From positions 129,704,001 through 129,768,000 of the forward strand of contig OZ024743.1 of the NCBI GenBank assembly GCA_964016885.1: 64,000 bases of DNA. The letters are read 5' to 3'. This document shows, one piece after another, positions 42,990-58,100 of this stretch. A program made the translations under genes and the position numbers. The notes beneath the pieces are model-generated. The model was not told the origin of the DNA, searched no databases, and worked only from the letters and a program-made list of their open reading frames with translations. This DNA is from Eledone cirrhosa (lineage: Eukaryota). Every line of letters starts with the position of its first letter. Positions within the stretch are counted from its first letter, which is position 1.

Positions 42990-45900
42990 AAGCACCAAGC
43001 ACCAAACACCAAGCACCAAGCACCAAACGCCAAACACCAAGCACCAAGCACCAAGCACCAAACACCAAGCACCAAGCACCTAGCACCAAACACCAAACAC
43101 CAAGCACCAAGCACCAAACACCAAGCACCAATCACCAAGCACCAAACACCAAGCAGCAAGCAGCAAGCACCAAACGCCAAACACCAAGCACCAAGCACTA
43201 AACACCAAGCACCAAGGACCAAACATCATACACCAAGCACCAAGCACCAAACACCTAACACCAAGCACCAAGCACCAAGCACCAAGCACCGAACACCAAG
43301 CACCAAACACCAAGCACCAAACACCAAGCACCAAGCACCAAACACCAAGCACCAAACACCAAGCACCAAGCACCAAGCACCAAACACCAAGCACCAGGCA
43401 CCAAGAACCAAACACCAAGCACCATGGACCAAGCACCAAGCCCCAAACACTTAACACCAAGCACCAAGCACCAAACACCAAGCACCAAAAACCAAACACC
43501 AAGCACCAACTACTAAACACCAAGCACCAAGCACCAAACACCAAGCACCAAGCACCAAGCACCAAACACCAAGCACCAAGCACCAAACACCCAGCACCAA
43601 GCACCAAGCACCAAACACCAAGCACCAAGCACCAAACACCAAACACCAAACACCAGGCACCAAGCACCAAACAGCAAGCACCAAACACCAAACACCAAAC
43701 AGCAAACATCAAACAGCAAACACCAAACACCAAACAGCAAACAGCAAACGCCAAACACCAAGCACGAAGCACCAAGCACCAAACACCAAGCACCAAGCAC
43801 CAAGCACAAAACACCAAACACCAAGCACCAAGGACCAAACATCAAACACCAAGCACCAAGCACCTAGCACAAAGCACCGAACACCAAGCACCAAACACCA
43901 AGCACCAAACACCAAGCACCAAACACCAAACACCAGGCACCAAGCACCAAACACCAAGCACCATGCATCAAACACCAAGCACCAAGCACCAAGCACCAAA
44001 CACCAAGCACCAAACACCAAACACCAAGCACCAAGTACCAAACACCAAGCACCAAACACCAAACACCAAGCACCAAGCACCAATCACCAAACACCAAGAA
44101 CCAAGCACCAAACACCAAGCACCAAGCACCAAGTACATACACCAAGAACCAAACACCAAACACAAAACACCAAGCACCAAGCAACAAGCATCAAACACCA
44201 AGCATCAAACACCAAACACTAAGCACCAAACACCAAACACCAAGAACCAAGCACCAAGCACCAAGCACAAACATCAAGCACCCAGCACCAAACACCAAGC
44301 ACCAAGCACCAAGCACCAAACACCAAGCACCAAGCACCAAAACCCAAACACCAAACACCAAGCACCAAACACCAAACACCAAACACCAGAAACCAAGCAC
44401 CAAGCACCAAACACTAAGCACTAAGCACCAAACAGCAAACCCCAAGCACCAAGCACCAAACATTAATCACCAAGCACCACACAACAAGCACCAAGCACCA
44501 AGAACCAGGCACCAAGCACCAAGCACCAAACACAAAACACCAAGCACCAAGCACCAAGCAGCACACACCAAGCATCAAACACCAACCACCAAACACCAAG
44601 CACCAAACACCTAACACCAAGCACTAAGCACCAAGCACCAAGCACCAAACTCCAAGCACCCAGCACCAAACACCAAACACCAAGCACCAAGCACCAAACA
44701 CCAAACACCAAGCACCAAGCACCAAGCACCAAACACCAAACACCAAGCACCAAACACCAGACACCAAGCACCAAACACCAAGCACCAAGCACCAAACACC
44801 AAACAACAAGCACCAGGTACCAAGCACCAAACACCAAAAACCAAGCACCAAGCACCAAACACCAAGCACCAAGCACCAAACGCCAAACACCAAGCACCAA
44901 GCACCAAGCACCAAACACCAAGCACCAAGCACCTAGCACCAAACACCAAACACCAAGCACCAAGCACCAAACACCAAGCACCAATCACCAAACACCAAAC
45001 ACCAAGCAGCAAGCAGCAAGCACCAAACACCATACACCAAGCACCAAGCACTAAACACCAAGCACCAAGGACCAAACATCATACACCAAGCACCAAGCAC
45101 CAAACACCTAACACCAAGCACCAAGCACCAAGCACCAAGCACCGAACACCAAGCACCAAACACCAAGCACCAAACACCAAGCACCAAGCACCAAACACCA
45201 AGCACCAAACACCAAGCACCAAGCACCAAGCACCAAACACCAAGCACCAGGCACCAAGAACCAAACACCAAGCACCATGGACCAAGCACCAAGCCCCAAA
45301 CACTTAACACCAAGCACCAAGCACCAAACACCAAGCACCAAAAACCAAACACCAAGCACCAACTACTAAACACCAAGCACCAAGCACCAAACACCAAGCA
45401 CCAAGCACCAATCACCAAACACCAAGAACCAAGCACCAAACACCAAGCACCAAGGACCAAGCACCAGGCACCAAGAACCAAGCACCAAACACAAAACACC
45501 AAGCACCAAACACCAAACACCAAGCACCAAACACCAAGCACCAAGCAGCAAACACCAAACACCAAGCACCAAGCACCAAGCACCAAACACCAAACACCAA
45601 GCACCAAACACCAGACACCAAGCACCAAACACCAAGCACCAAGCACCAAGCACCAAAGACCAAACAACAAGCACCAGGTACCAAGCACCAAACACCAAAA
45701 ACCAAGCACCAAGCATCAAACACCAAACCCCAAGCACCAATCACCAAACACTAATCACCAAGCACCAAGCACCAAACACCAAGCACCAAACAGCAAACCG
45801 CAAGCACCAATCACCAAATACTAATCACCAAGCACCAAGCACCAATCACCAAGCACCAAGCAGCAAGCACCAAACACCAAGCGCCAAGCACTAAGCACCT

Positions 45901-48900
45901 AGCACCAAACACCAAGCACCAAGCACCAAACACCAAACCCCAAGCACCAAAGACCAAGCACCAAGCACCAAGGACCAAACACCAAGCACCAAGCACCAAG
46001 CACCAAACACCAAGCACCAAGCACCAAACGCCAAACACCAAGCACCAAGCACCAAGCACCAAACACCAAGCACCAAGCACCTAGCACCAAACACCAAACA
46101 CCAAGCACCAAGCACCAAACACCAAGCACCAATCACCAAGCACCAAACACCAAGCAGCAAGCAGCAAGCACCAAACGCCAAACACCAAGCACCAAGCACT
46201 AAACACCAAGCACCAAGGACCAAACATCATACACCAAGCACCAAGCACCAAACACCTAACACCAAGCACCAAGCACCAAGCACCAAGCACCGAACACCAA
46301 GCACCAAACACCAAGCACCAAACACCAAGCACCAAGCACCAAACACCAAGCACCAAACACCAAGCACCAAGCACCAAGCACCAAACACCAAGCACCAGGC
46401 ACCAAGAACCAAACACCAAGCACCATGGACCAAGCACCAAGCCCCAAACACTTAACACCAAGCACCAAGCACCAAACACCAAGCACCAAAAACCAAACAC
46501 CAAGCACCAACTACTAAACACCAAGCACCAAGCACCAAACACCAAGCACCAAGCACCAAGCACCAAACACCAAGCACCAAGCACCAAACACCCAGCACCA
46601 AGCACCAAGCACCAAACACCAAGCACCAAGCACCAAACACCAAACACCAAACACCAGGCACCAAGCACCAAACAGCAAGCACCAAACACCAAACACCAAA
46701 CAGCAAACATCAAACAGCAAACACCAAACACCAAACAGCAAACAGCAAACGCCAAACACCAAGCACGAAGCACCAAGCACCAAACACCAAGCACCAAGCA
46801 CCAAGCACAAAACACCAAACACCAAGCACCAAGGACCAAACATCAAACACCAAGCACCAAGCACCTAGCACAAAGCACCGAACACCAAGCACCAAACACC
46901 AAGCACCAAACACCAAGCACCAAACACCAAACACCAGGCACCAAGCACCAAACACCAAGCACCATGCATCAAACACCAAGCACCAAGCACCAAGCACCAA
47001 ACACCAAGCACCAAACACCAAACACCAAGCACCAAGTACCAAACACCAAGCACCAAACACCAAACACCAAGCACCAAGCACCAATCACCAAACACCAAGA
47101 ACCAAGCACCAAACACCAAGCACCAAGCACCAAGTACATACACCAAGAACCAAACACCAAACACAAAACACCAAGCACCAAGCAACAAGCATCAAACACC
47201 AAGCATCAAACACCAAACACTAAGCACCAAACACCAAACACCAAGAACCAAGCACCAAGCACCAAGCACAAACATCAAGCACCCAGCACCAAACACCAAG
47301 CACCAAGCACCAAGCACCAAACACCAAGCACCAAGCACCAAAACCCAAACACCAAACACCAAGCACCAAACACCAAACACCAAACACCAGAAACCAAGCA
47401 CCAAGCACCAAACACTAAGCACTAAGCACCAAACAGCAAACCCCAAGCACCAAGCACCAAACATTAATCACCAAGCACCACACAACAAGCACCAAGCACC
47501 AAGAACCAGGCACCAAGCACCAAGCACCAAACACAAAACACCAAGCACCAAGCACCAAGCAGTACACACCAAGCATCAAACACCAACCACCAAACACCAA
47601 GCACCAAACACCTAACACCAAGCACTAAGCACCAAGCACCAAGCACCAAACTCCAAGCACCCAGCACCAAACACCAAACACCAAGCACCAAGCACCAAAC
47701 ACCAAACACCAAGCACCAAGCACCAAGCACCAAACACCAAACACCAAGCACCAAACACCAGACACCAAGCACCAAACACCAAGTACCAAGCACCAAACAC
47801 CAAACAACAAGCACCAGGTACCAAGCACCAAACACCAAAAACCAAGCACCAAGCACCAAACACCAAGCACCAAGCACCAAACGCCAAACACCAAGCACCA
47901 AGCACCAAGCACCAAACACCAAGCACCAAGCACCTAGCACCAAACACCAAACACCAAGCACCAAGCACCAAACACCAAGCACCAATCACCAAGCACCAAA
48001 CACCAAGCAGCAAGCAGCAAGCACCAAACACCATACACCAAGCACCAAGCACTAAACACCAAGCACCAAGGACCAAACATCATACACCAAGCACCAAGCA
48101 CCAAACACCTAACACCAAGCACCAAGCACCAAGCACCAAGCACCGAACACCAAGCACCAAACACCAAGCACCAAACACCAAGCACCAAGCACCAAACACC
48201 AAGCACCAAACACCAAGCACCAAGCACCAAGCACCAAACACCAAGCACCAGGCACCAAGAACCAAACACCAAGCACCATGGACCAAGCACCAAGCCCCAA
48301 ACACTTAACACCAAGCACCAAGCACCAAACACCAAGCACCAAAAACCAAACACCAAGCACCAACTACTAAACACCAAGCACCAAGCACCAAACACCAAGC
48401 ACCAAGCACCAATCACCAAACACCAAGAACCAAGCACCAAACACCAAGCACCAAGGACCAAGCACCAGGCACCAAGAACCAAGCACCAAACACAAAACAC
48501 CAAGCACCAAACACCAAACACCAAGCACCAAACACCAAGCACCAAGCAGCAAACACCAAACACCAAGCACCAAGCACCAAGCACCAAACACCAAACACCA
48601 AGCACCAAACACCAGACACCAAGCACCAAACACCAAGCACCAAGCACCAAGCACCAAACACCAAACAACAAGCACCAGGTACCAAGCACCAAACACCAAA
48701 AACCAAGCACCAAGCATCAAACACCAAACCCCAAGCACCAATCACCAAACACTAATCACCAAGCACCAAGCACCAAACACCAAGCACCAAACAGCAAACC
48801 CCAAGCACCAATCACCAAATACTAATCACCAAGCACCAAGCACCAATCACCAAGCACCAAGCAGCAAGCACCAAACACCAAGCACCAAGCACTAAGCACC

Positions 48901-48990
48901 TAGCACCAAACACCAAGCACCAAGCACCAAACACCAAACCCCAAGCACCAAAGACCAAGCACCAAGCACCAAGGACCAAACACCAAGCAC
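42990..48990 (+). repeat. 3,001-bp HOR, two near-identical tandem copies
   Basis: Offsets 43080->46081, 43963->46964 and 45811->48812 are all 3,001 = 429x7-2. Shared variants CACCATG-CATCAAA (43966/46967), CACTAAG (44217/47218), CACCATA (45028/48029). Confidence 0.92.
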
Positions 48991-49162
48991 CAAGCACCAA
49001 GCACCAAACACCAAGCACCAAGCACCAAACACCCAGCACCAGACACCAAGCACCAAACACCAAGCACCAAGCACCAAACATCAAACAACAAGCACCAGGT
49101 ACCAAGCACCAAAGACCAAAAACCAAGCACCAAGCACCAAACACCAAGCACCAAGCACCAAA

Positions 49163-52100
49163 CGCCAAACACCAAGCACCAAGCACCAAGCACCAAACAC
49201 CAAGCACCAAGCACCTAGCACCAAACACCAAACACCAAGCACCAAGCAGCAAACACCAAGCACCAATCACCAAGCACCAAACACCAAGCAGCAAGCAGCA
49301 AGCACCAAACACCAAACACCAAGCACCAAGCACCAAACACAAAGCACCAAGGACCAAACATCATACACCAAGCACCAAGCACCAAACACCTAACACCAAG
49401 CACCAAGCACCAAGCACCAAGCACCGAACACCAAGCACCAAACACCAAGCACCAAACACCAAGCACCAAGCACCAAACACCAAGCACCAAACACCAAGCA
49501 CCAAGCACCAAGCACCAAACACCAAGCACCAGGCACCAAGCACCAAACACCAAGCACCATGGACCAAGCACCAAGCCCCAAACACTTAACACCAAGCACC
49601 AAGCACCAAACACCAAGCACCAAAAACCAAACACCAAGCACCGACTACTAAACACCAAGCACCAAGCACCAAACACCAAGCACCAAGCACCAATCACCAA
49701 ACACCAAGAACCAAGCACCAAACACCAAGCACCAAGGACCAAGCACCAGGCACCAAGCACCAAGCACCAAACACAAAACACCAAGCACCAAACACAAAAC
49801 ACCAAGCACCAAGCACCAAGCAGCAAACACCAAGCATCAAACACCAAACACCAAACACCAAGCACCAAACACCAAGCACCAAGCAGCAAACACCAAACAC
49901 CAAGCACCAAGCACCAAGCACCAAACACCAAACACCAAGCACCAAACACCAGACACCAAGCACCAAACACCAAGCACCAAGCACCAAGCACCAAACACCA
50001 AACAACAAGCACTAGGTACCAAGCACCAAACACCAAAAACCAAGCACCAAGCATCAAACACCAAACCCCAAGCACCAATCACCAAACACCAATCACCAAG
50101 CACCAAGCACCAAACACCAAGCACCAAACAGCAAACCCCAAGCACCAATCACCAAACACTAATCACCAAGCACCAAGCACCAATCACCAAGCACTAAGCA
50201 CCAAGCACCAAACACCAAGCACCAAGCACCAAACACCAAACCCCAAGCACCAAAGACCAAGCACCAAGCACCAAGGACCAAACACCAAGCACCAAGCACC
50301 AAACACCCAGCACCAAGCACCAAGCACCAAACACCAAGCACCAAGCACCAAACACCAAACACCAAACACCAAGCACCAAGCACCAAACAGCAAGCACCAA
50401 ACACCAAACACAAAACAGCAAACATCAAACAGCAAACACCAAACACCAAACAGCAAACAGCAAACGCCAAACACCAAGCACGAAGCACCAAGCACCAAAC
50501 ACCAAGCACCAAGCACCAAGCACAAAACACCAAACACCAAGCACCAAGGACCAAACATCAAACACCAAGCACCAAGCACCTAGCACAAAGCACCGAACAC
50601 CAAGCACCAAACACCCAGCACCAAACACCAAACACCAAACACCAGCACCAAGCACCAAACACCAAGCACCATGCACCAAACACCAAGCACCAAGCACCAA
50701 GCACCAAACACCAAGCACCAAACACCAAACACCAAGCACCAAGTACCAAACACCAAGCACTAAACACCAAACACCAAGCACCAAGCACCAATCTCCAAAC
50801 ACCAAGAACCAAGCACCAAACACCAAGCACCAAGCACCAAGTACATACACCAAGAACCAAACACCAAACACAAAACACCAAGCACCAAGCAACAAGTATC
50901 AAACACCAAGCATCAAACACCAAACACCAAACACCAAACACCAAGCACCAAGCACCAAGCACCAAGCACAATCATCAAGCACCCAGCACCAAACACCAAG
51001 CACCAAGCACCAAGCACCAAACACCAAGCACCAAACACCAAACACCAAGCACCAAACACCAAACACCAAGCACCAAGCCCCAAAACCCAAACACCAAGCA
51101 CCAAGCACCAAACACCAAACACCAAACACCAGAAACCAAGCACCAAACACCAAATACGAAACACCAAACACCAAGCACCAAACACTAAGCACCAAGCACC
51201 AAACAGCAAATCCCAAGCACCAAGCACCAAACATTAATCACCAAGCACCACACAACAAGCACCAAGCACCAAGAACCAGGCACCAAGCACCAAGCACCAA
51301 ACACAAAACACCAAGCACCAAGCACCAAGCACCAAACACCAAACACCAAGCACCAGACACCAAGCACCAAGCACCAATCACCAAACAACAAGCACCAAGC
51401 ACCAAACACCAAACACCAAACACCAGGCACCAGACACCAAGCACCAAGCACCAATCACCAAACAACAAGCACCAAGCACCAAACACCAAACACCAAGCAC
51501 CAAGCACCAAACACCAAACACCAATCACCAAGCACCAAACACCAATCACCAAAGACCAAAGACCAAACAGGAAACACCAAACACCAAACAACAAACAGGA
51601 AACACCAAACACGAAACAGCAAACACCATACAGCAAACACCAAACACCAAAAAGCAGACAGCAAACAGCAAACACCAAACACCAAACACCAAGCACCAAT
51701 CACCAAACACCAAGTACCAAGCACCAAACACCAAGCACCAAGCACCAAACACCAAACACCAAGCACCAAACACCAAGCACCAAGCACCAAGCGACAAACA
51801 CCAAGCACCAAGCACCAAGCACCAAACGCCAACCACCCAGCACCAAGCACCAAGCACCAAACACCAAGCACCAAGCACCAAACACCAAGCCCCAAACACC
51901 AAGCACCAAGCACCAAACACCAAGCACCAAGCACCAAACACCAAGCACCAAGCACCAAATGCCAACCACCCAGCACCAAGTACCAAGCACCAAACACCAA
52001 ACACCAAACACCAAGCACCAAGCACCAAACACCAAGCCCCAAGTACCAAGCACCAAACACCAAGCACCAAACACCAGGCACCAAGCACCTAGCACCAAAC

Positions 52101-55100
52101 ACCAAACACCAAGCACCAAGCACCAAACACCAAGCACCAATCACCAAGCACCAAACACCAAGCACCATGCACCAAACACCAAGCACCAAATACCAAACAC
52201 CAAACACCTAGCACCAAGCACCAAACACCAAGCCCCAAGTACCAAGCACCAAACACCAAGCACCAAACACCAATCACCAAGCACCTAGCACCAAACACCA
52301 AACACCAAGCACCAAGCACCAAACACCAAGCACCAATCACCAAGCACCAAACACCAAGCACCATGCACCAAACACCAAACACCAAATACCAAACACGAAA
52401 CACCAAGCACCAAGCATCAAACACCAAGCACCAAGCACCAAACACCAAGCACCAAACACCAAACACCAAGCACCAAGCACGAAGCACCAAACACCAAGCA
52501 CCAGGCACCAAGCACCAAACACCAAGCACCAAGCACCAAACACCAAGCACCAAGCACCAAGCACAAAACACCAAACACCAAGCACCAAACACCTAACACC
52601 AAGCACCAAGCACCAAACACCAAGCAGCAAACACCAAACACCAAGCACCAAACACCAAGCACCAAACACCTAACACCAAGCACCAAGCACCAAGCACCAA
52701 ACACCAAGCAGCAAACACCAAACACCAAGCACCAAGCACCAAGCACCAAGCACCAAGCACCAAGCACCAAACACCATGCACCAAACACCAAGCACCAAGC
52801 ACCAAGCACCAAACACGAAGCACCAAGCTCCAAGCACCAAACACCAAGCTCCAAACACCAAACACCAAGAACAATGCACCAAACACCAAGCACTAAACAC
52901 CAAACACCAAACACCAAACACCAAGCAACAAGCACCAAACAACAAGCACCAGGCACCAAACACCAAGCACCAAGCACCAAACGCCAAGCACCAAACACCA
53001 AGCACCAAGCACCAAGCACTAAACACCAAATGGCAAACACCAAACACCAAACACAAAAAGCAAACACAAAACAACAAGCACCAATCACCAAACAACAAGC
53101 ACCAGGCACCAAGCACTAAACACCAAACAGCAAGCACCAAGCACCAATCACCAAACACCAAGCACCAAGCATCAAACACCAAGCACCAAGCACCAAGCAT
53201 CAAACACCAAACACCAAAGACCAAACACCAAATAGCAAAGACCAAACACGAAACAGCAAACACCATACAGCAAACACCAAACACCAAACAGCAAACAGCA
53301 AACACCAAGCACCAAGCACCAAACACCAAGTACCAAGCACCAAACACCAAGCACCAAGCACCAAACACCAAACCCCAAGCACCAAGTACCAAACACTAAT
53401 CACCAAGCACCAAGCACCAAGCACCAAATACCAAGCACCAAGCACCAAGCACCAAACACCAAACACCAAGCATGCAGCACCAAACACCAAGCACCAAGCA
53501 CCAAGCACCAAACACCAAGCACCAAGCACCAAACACCAAACACCGAACACCAAGCACCAAGCACCAAGCACCAAACACCAAACACCAAACACCAAGCACC
53601 AGACACCAAGCACCAAACACCAAACACCAAACACCAAGCGCCAAGCACCAATCACCAAACAACAAGCACCAAGCACCAAGCACCAAACACCAAGCACCAA
53701 AGACCAAAGACCAAACAGGAAACACCAAACACCAAACACCAAACACCAAACAGCAAACACCAAACACCAAACAGCAAACACCATACAGCAAACACCAAAC
53801 ACCAAAAAGCAGACAGCAAACAGCAAACACCAAACACCAAACACCAAACAGCAAACACCAAGCACCAAACACCAAGCACCAAGCACTGAACACCAAACCC
53901 CAAGCACAAAGCACCAAACACTAATCACCAAGCACCAAGCACCAAACACCAAGCACCAACCACCAAACACCAAGCACCAAGCACTAAACGCCAACCACCC
54001 AGCACCAAGCACCAAGGACCAAACACCAAGCACCAAAAACCAAACACCAAGCACCAGGCACCAAGCACCAAGCACCAAACACCAAGCCCCAAGCACCAAG
54101 CACCAAGCACCAAACAACAAGCACCAAACACCTAGCACCAATCACCAAACGCCAACCACCCAGCACCAAGCACCAAGCACCAAACACCAAACACCAAACA
54201 CCAAGCACCAAGCACCAAGCACCAAACACCAAGCCCCAAGTACCAAGCACCAAACACCAAGCACCAAACACCAAGCACCAAGCACCAAGCACCTAGCACC
54301 AAACACCAAACACCAAGCACCAAGCACCAAACAACAAGCACCAATCACCAAGCACCAAACCCCAAGCAGCAAGCAGCAAGCACCAAACACCAAACACCAA
54401 GCACCAAGCACCGAACACCAAGCACCAAGCACCAAACACCTAACACCTTACACCAAGCACCAAGCACCAAACACCAAGCACCAAGCACCAAACACCAAGC
54501 ACCAAGCACCAAGCACCAAACACCAAACACCAAACACCAAGCACCAAGCACCAAACACCAAGCACCAATCACCAAGCACCAAGCACCAAGCACCAAACAC
54601 CAAGAACCAAGCACCAAGCACCAAACACCAAGTACAAACACCATGCACCAAGCACCAAACACCAAACACCAAGCACCAAGCACCAAGCACCAAGCATCAA
54701 ACACCAAGCATCAAAAACCAGACACCAAACACCAAGCACCAAACACCAAGCACCCTGCACCAAACACCAAGCACCAATCACCAAGCACCAAACACGAAGC
54801 ACCAAGCTCCAAGCACCAAACACCAAGCACCAAACACCAAACACCAAGCACCATGCACCAAGCACCAAACACCAAACACCAAGCACCAAGCACCAAACAC
54901 CAAACACCAAGCACTAAACACCAAGCACCAAGCACCAAACAACAAGCACCAGGCACCAAACACCAAGCACCAAGCACCAAACGCCAAGCACCAAACACCA
55001 AACACCAAGCCCCAAGTACCAAGCACCAAACACCAAGCACCAAACACCAGGCACCAAGCACCTAGCACCAAACACCAAACACCAAGCACCAAGCACCAAA

Positions 55101-58100
55101 CACCAAGCACCAATCACCAAGCACAAAAAACCAAGCACCATGCACCAAACACCAAGCACCAAATACCAAACACCAAACACCTAGCACCAAGCACCAAACA
55201 CCAAGCCCCAAGTACCAAGCACCAAACACCAAGCACCAAACACCAATCACCAAGCACCAAGCACCAAACACCAAGCACCAATCACCAAGCACCAAACACC
55301 AAGCACCATGCACCAAACACCAAGCACCAAATACCAAACACGAAACACCAAGCACCAAGCATCAAACACCAAGCACCAAGCACCAAACACCAAGCACCAA
55401 ACACCAAACACCAAGCACCAAGCACCAAGCACCAAACACCAAGCACCAAGCACCTAGCACCAAACACCAAACACCAAGCACCAAGCAGCAAACACCAAGC
55501 ACCAATCACCAAGCACCAAACACCAAGCAGCAAGCAGCAAGCACCAAACACCAAACACCAAGCACCAAGCACCAAACACAAAGCACCAAGGACCAAACAT
55601 CATACACCAAGCACCAAGCACCAAACACCTAACACCAAGCACCAAGCACCAAGCACCAAGCACCGAACACCAAGCACCAAACACCAAGCACCAATCACCA
55701 AGCACCAAACACCAAGCACCATGCACCAAACACCAAGCACCAAATACCAAACACGAAACACCAAGCACCAAGCATCAAACACCAAGCACCAAGCACCAAA
55801 CACCAAGCACCAAACGCCAAACACCAAGCACCAAGCAGCAAACACCAAACACCAAGCACCAAGCACCAAGCACCAAACACCAAACACCAAGCACCAAACA
55901 CCAGACACCAAGCACCAAACACCAAGCACCAAGCACCAAGCACCAAACACCAAACAACAAGCACTAGGTACCAAGCACCAAACACCAAAAACCAAGCACC
56001 AAGCATCAAACACCAAACCCCAAGCACCAATCACCAAACACCAATCACCAAGCACCAAGCACCAAACACCAAGCACCAAACAGCAAACCCCAAGCACCAA
56101 TCACCAAACACTAATCACCAAGCACCAAGCACCAATCACCAAGCACTAAGCACCAAGCACCAAACACCAAGCACCAAGCACCAAACACCAAACCCCAAGC
56201 ACCAAAGACCAAGCACCAAGCACCAAGGACCAAACACCAAGCACCAAGCACCAAACACCCAGCACCAAGCACCAAGCACCAAACACCAAGCACCAAGCAC
56301 CAAACACCAAACACCAAACAGCAAACATCAAACAGCAAACACCAAACACCAAACAGCAAACAGCAAACGCCAAACACCAAGCACGAAGCACCAAGCACCA
56401 AACACCAAGCACCAAGCACCAAGCACAAAACACCAAACACCAAGCACCAAGGACCAAACATCAAACACCAAGCACCAAGCACCTAGCACAAAGCACCGAA
56501 CACCAAGCACCAAACACCCAGCACCAAACACCAAACACCAAACACCAGCACCAAGCACCAAACACCAAGCACCATGCACCAAACACCAAGCACCAAGCAC
56601 CAAGCACCAAACACCAAGCACCAAACACCAAACACCAAGCACCAAGTACCAAACACCAAGCACTAAACACCAAACACCAAGCACCAAGCACCAATCTCCA
56701 AACACCAAGAACCAAGCACCAAACACCAAGCACCAAGCACCAAGTACATACACCAAGAACCAAACACCAAACACAAAACACCAAGCACCAAGCAACAAGT
56801 ATCAAACACCAAGCATCAAACACCAAACACCAAACACCAAACACCAAGCACCAAGCACCAAGCACCAAGCACAATCATCAAGCACCCAGCACCAAACACC
56901 AAGCACCAAGCACCAAGCACCAAACACCAAGCACCAAACACCAAACACCAAGCACCAAACACCAAACACCAAGCACCAAGCCCCAAAACCCAAACACCAA
57001 GCACCAAGCACCAAACACCAAACACCAAACACCAGAAACCAAGCACCAAACACCAAATACGAAACACCAAACACCAAGCACCAAACACTAAGCACCAAGC
57101 ACCAAACAGCAAATCCCAAGCACCAAGCACCAAACATTAATCACCAAGCACCACACAACAAGCACCAAGCACCAAGAACCAGGCACCAAGCACCAAGCAC
57201 CAAACACAAAACACCAAGCACCAAGCACCAAGCACCAAACACCAAACACCAAGCACCAGACACCAAGCACCAAGCACCAATCACCAAACAACAAGCACCA
57301 AGCACCAAACACCAAACACCAAACACCAGGCACCAGACACCAAGCACCAAGCACCAATCACCAAACAACAAGCACCAAGCACCAAACACCAAACACCAAG
57401 CACCAAGCACCAAACACCAAACACCAATCACCAAGCACCAAACACCAATCACCAAAGACCAAAGACCAAACAGGAAACACCAAACACCAAACAACAAACA
57501 GGAAACACCAAACACGAAACAGCAAACACCATACAGCAAACACCAAACACCAAAAAGCAGACAGCAAACAGCAAACACCAAACACCAAACACCAAGCACC
57601 AATCACCAAACACCAAGTACCAAGCACCAAACACCAAGCACCAAGCACCAAACACCAAACACCAAGCACCAAACACCAAGCACCAAGCACCAAGCGACAA
57701 ACACCAAGCACCAAGCACCAAGCACCAAACGCCAACCACCCAGCACCAAGCACCAAGCACCAAACACCAAGCACCAAGCACCAAACACCAAGCCCCAAAC
57801 ACCAAGCACCAAGCACCAAACACCAAGCACCAAGCACCAAACACCAAGCACCAAGCACCAAATGCCAACCACCCAGCACCAAGTACCAAGCACCAAACAC
57901 CAAACACCAAACACCAAGCACCAAGCACCAAACACCAAGCCCCAAGTACCAAGCACCAAACACCAAGCACCAAACACCAGGCACCAAGCACCTAGCACCA
58001 AACACCAAACACCAAGCACCAAGCACCAAACACCAAGCACCAATCACCAAGCACCAAACACCAAGCACCATGCACCAAACACCAAGCACCAAATACCAAA

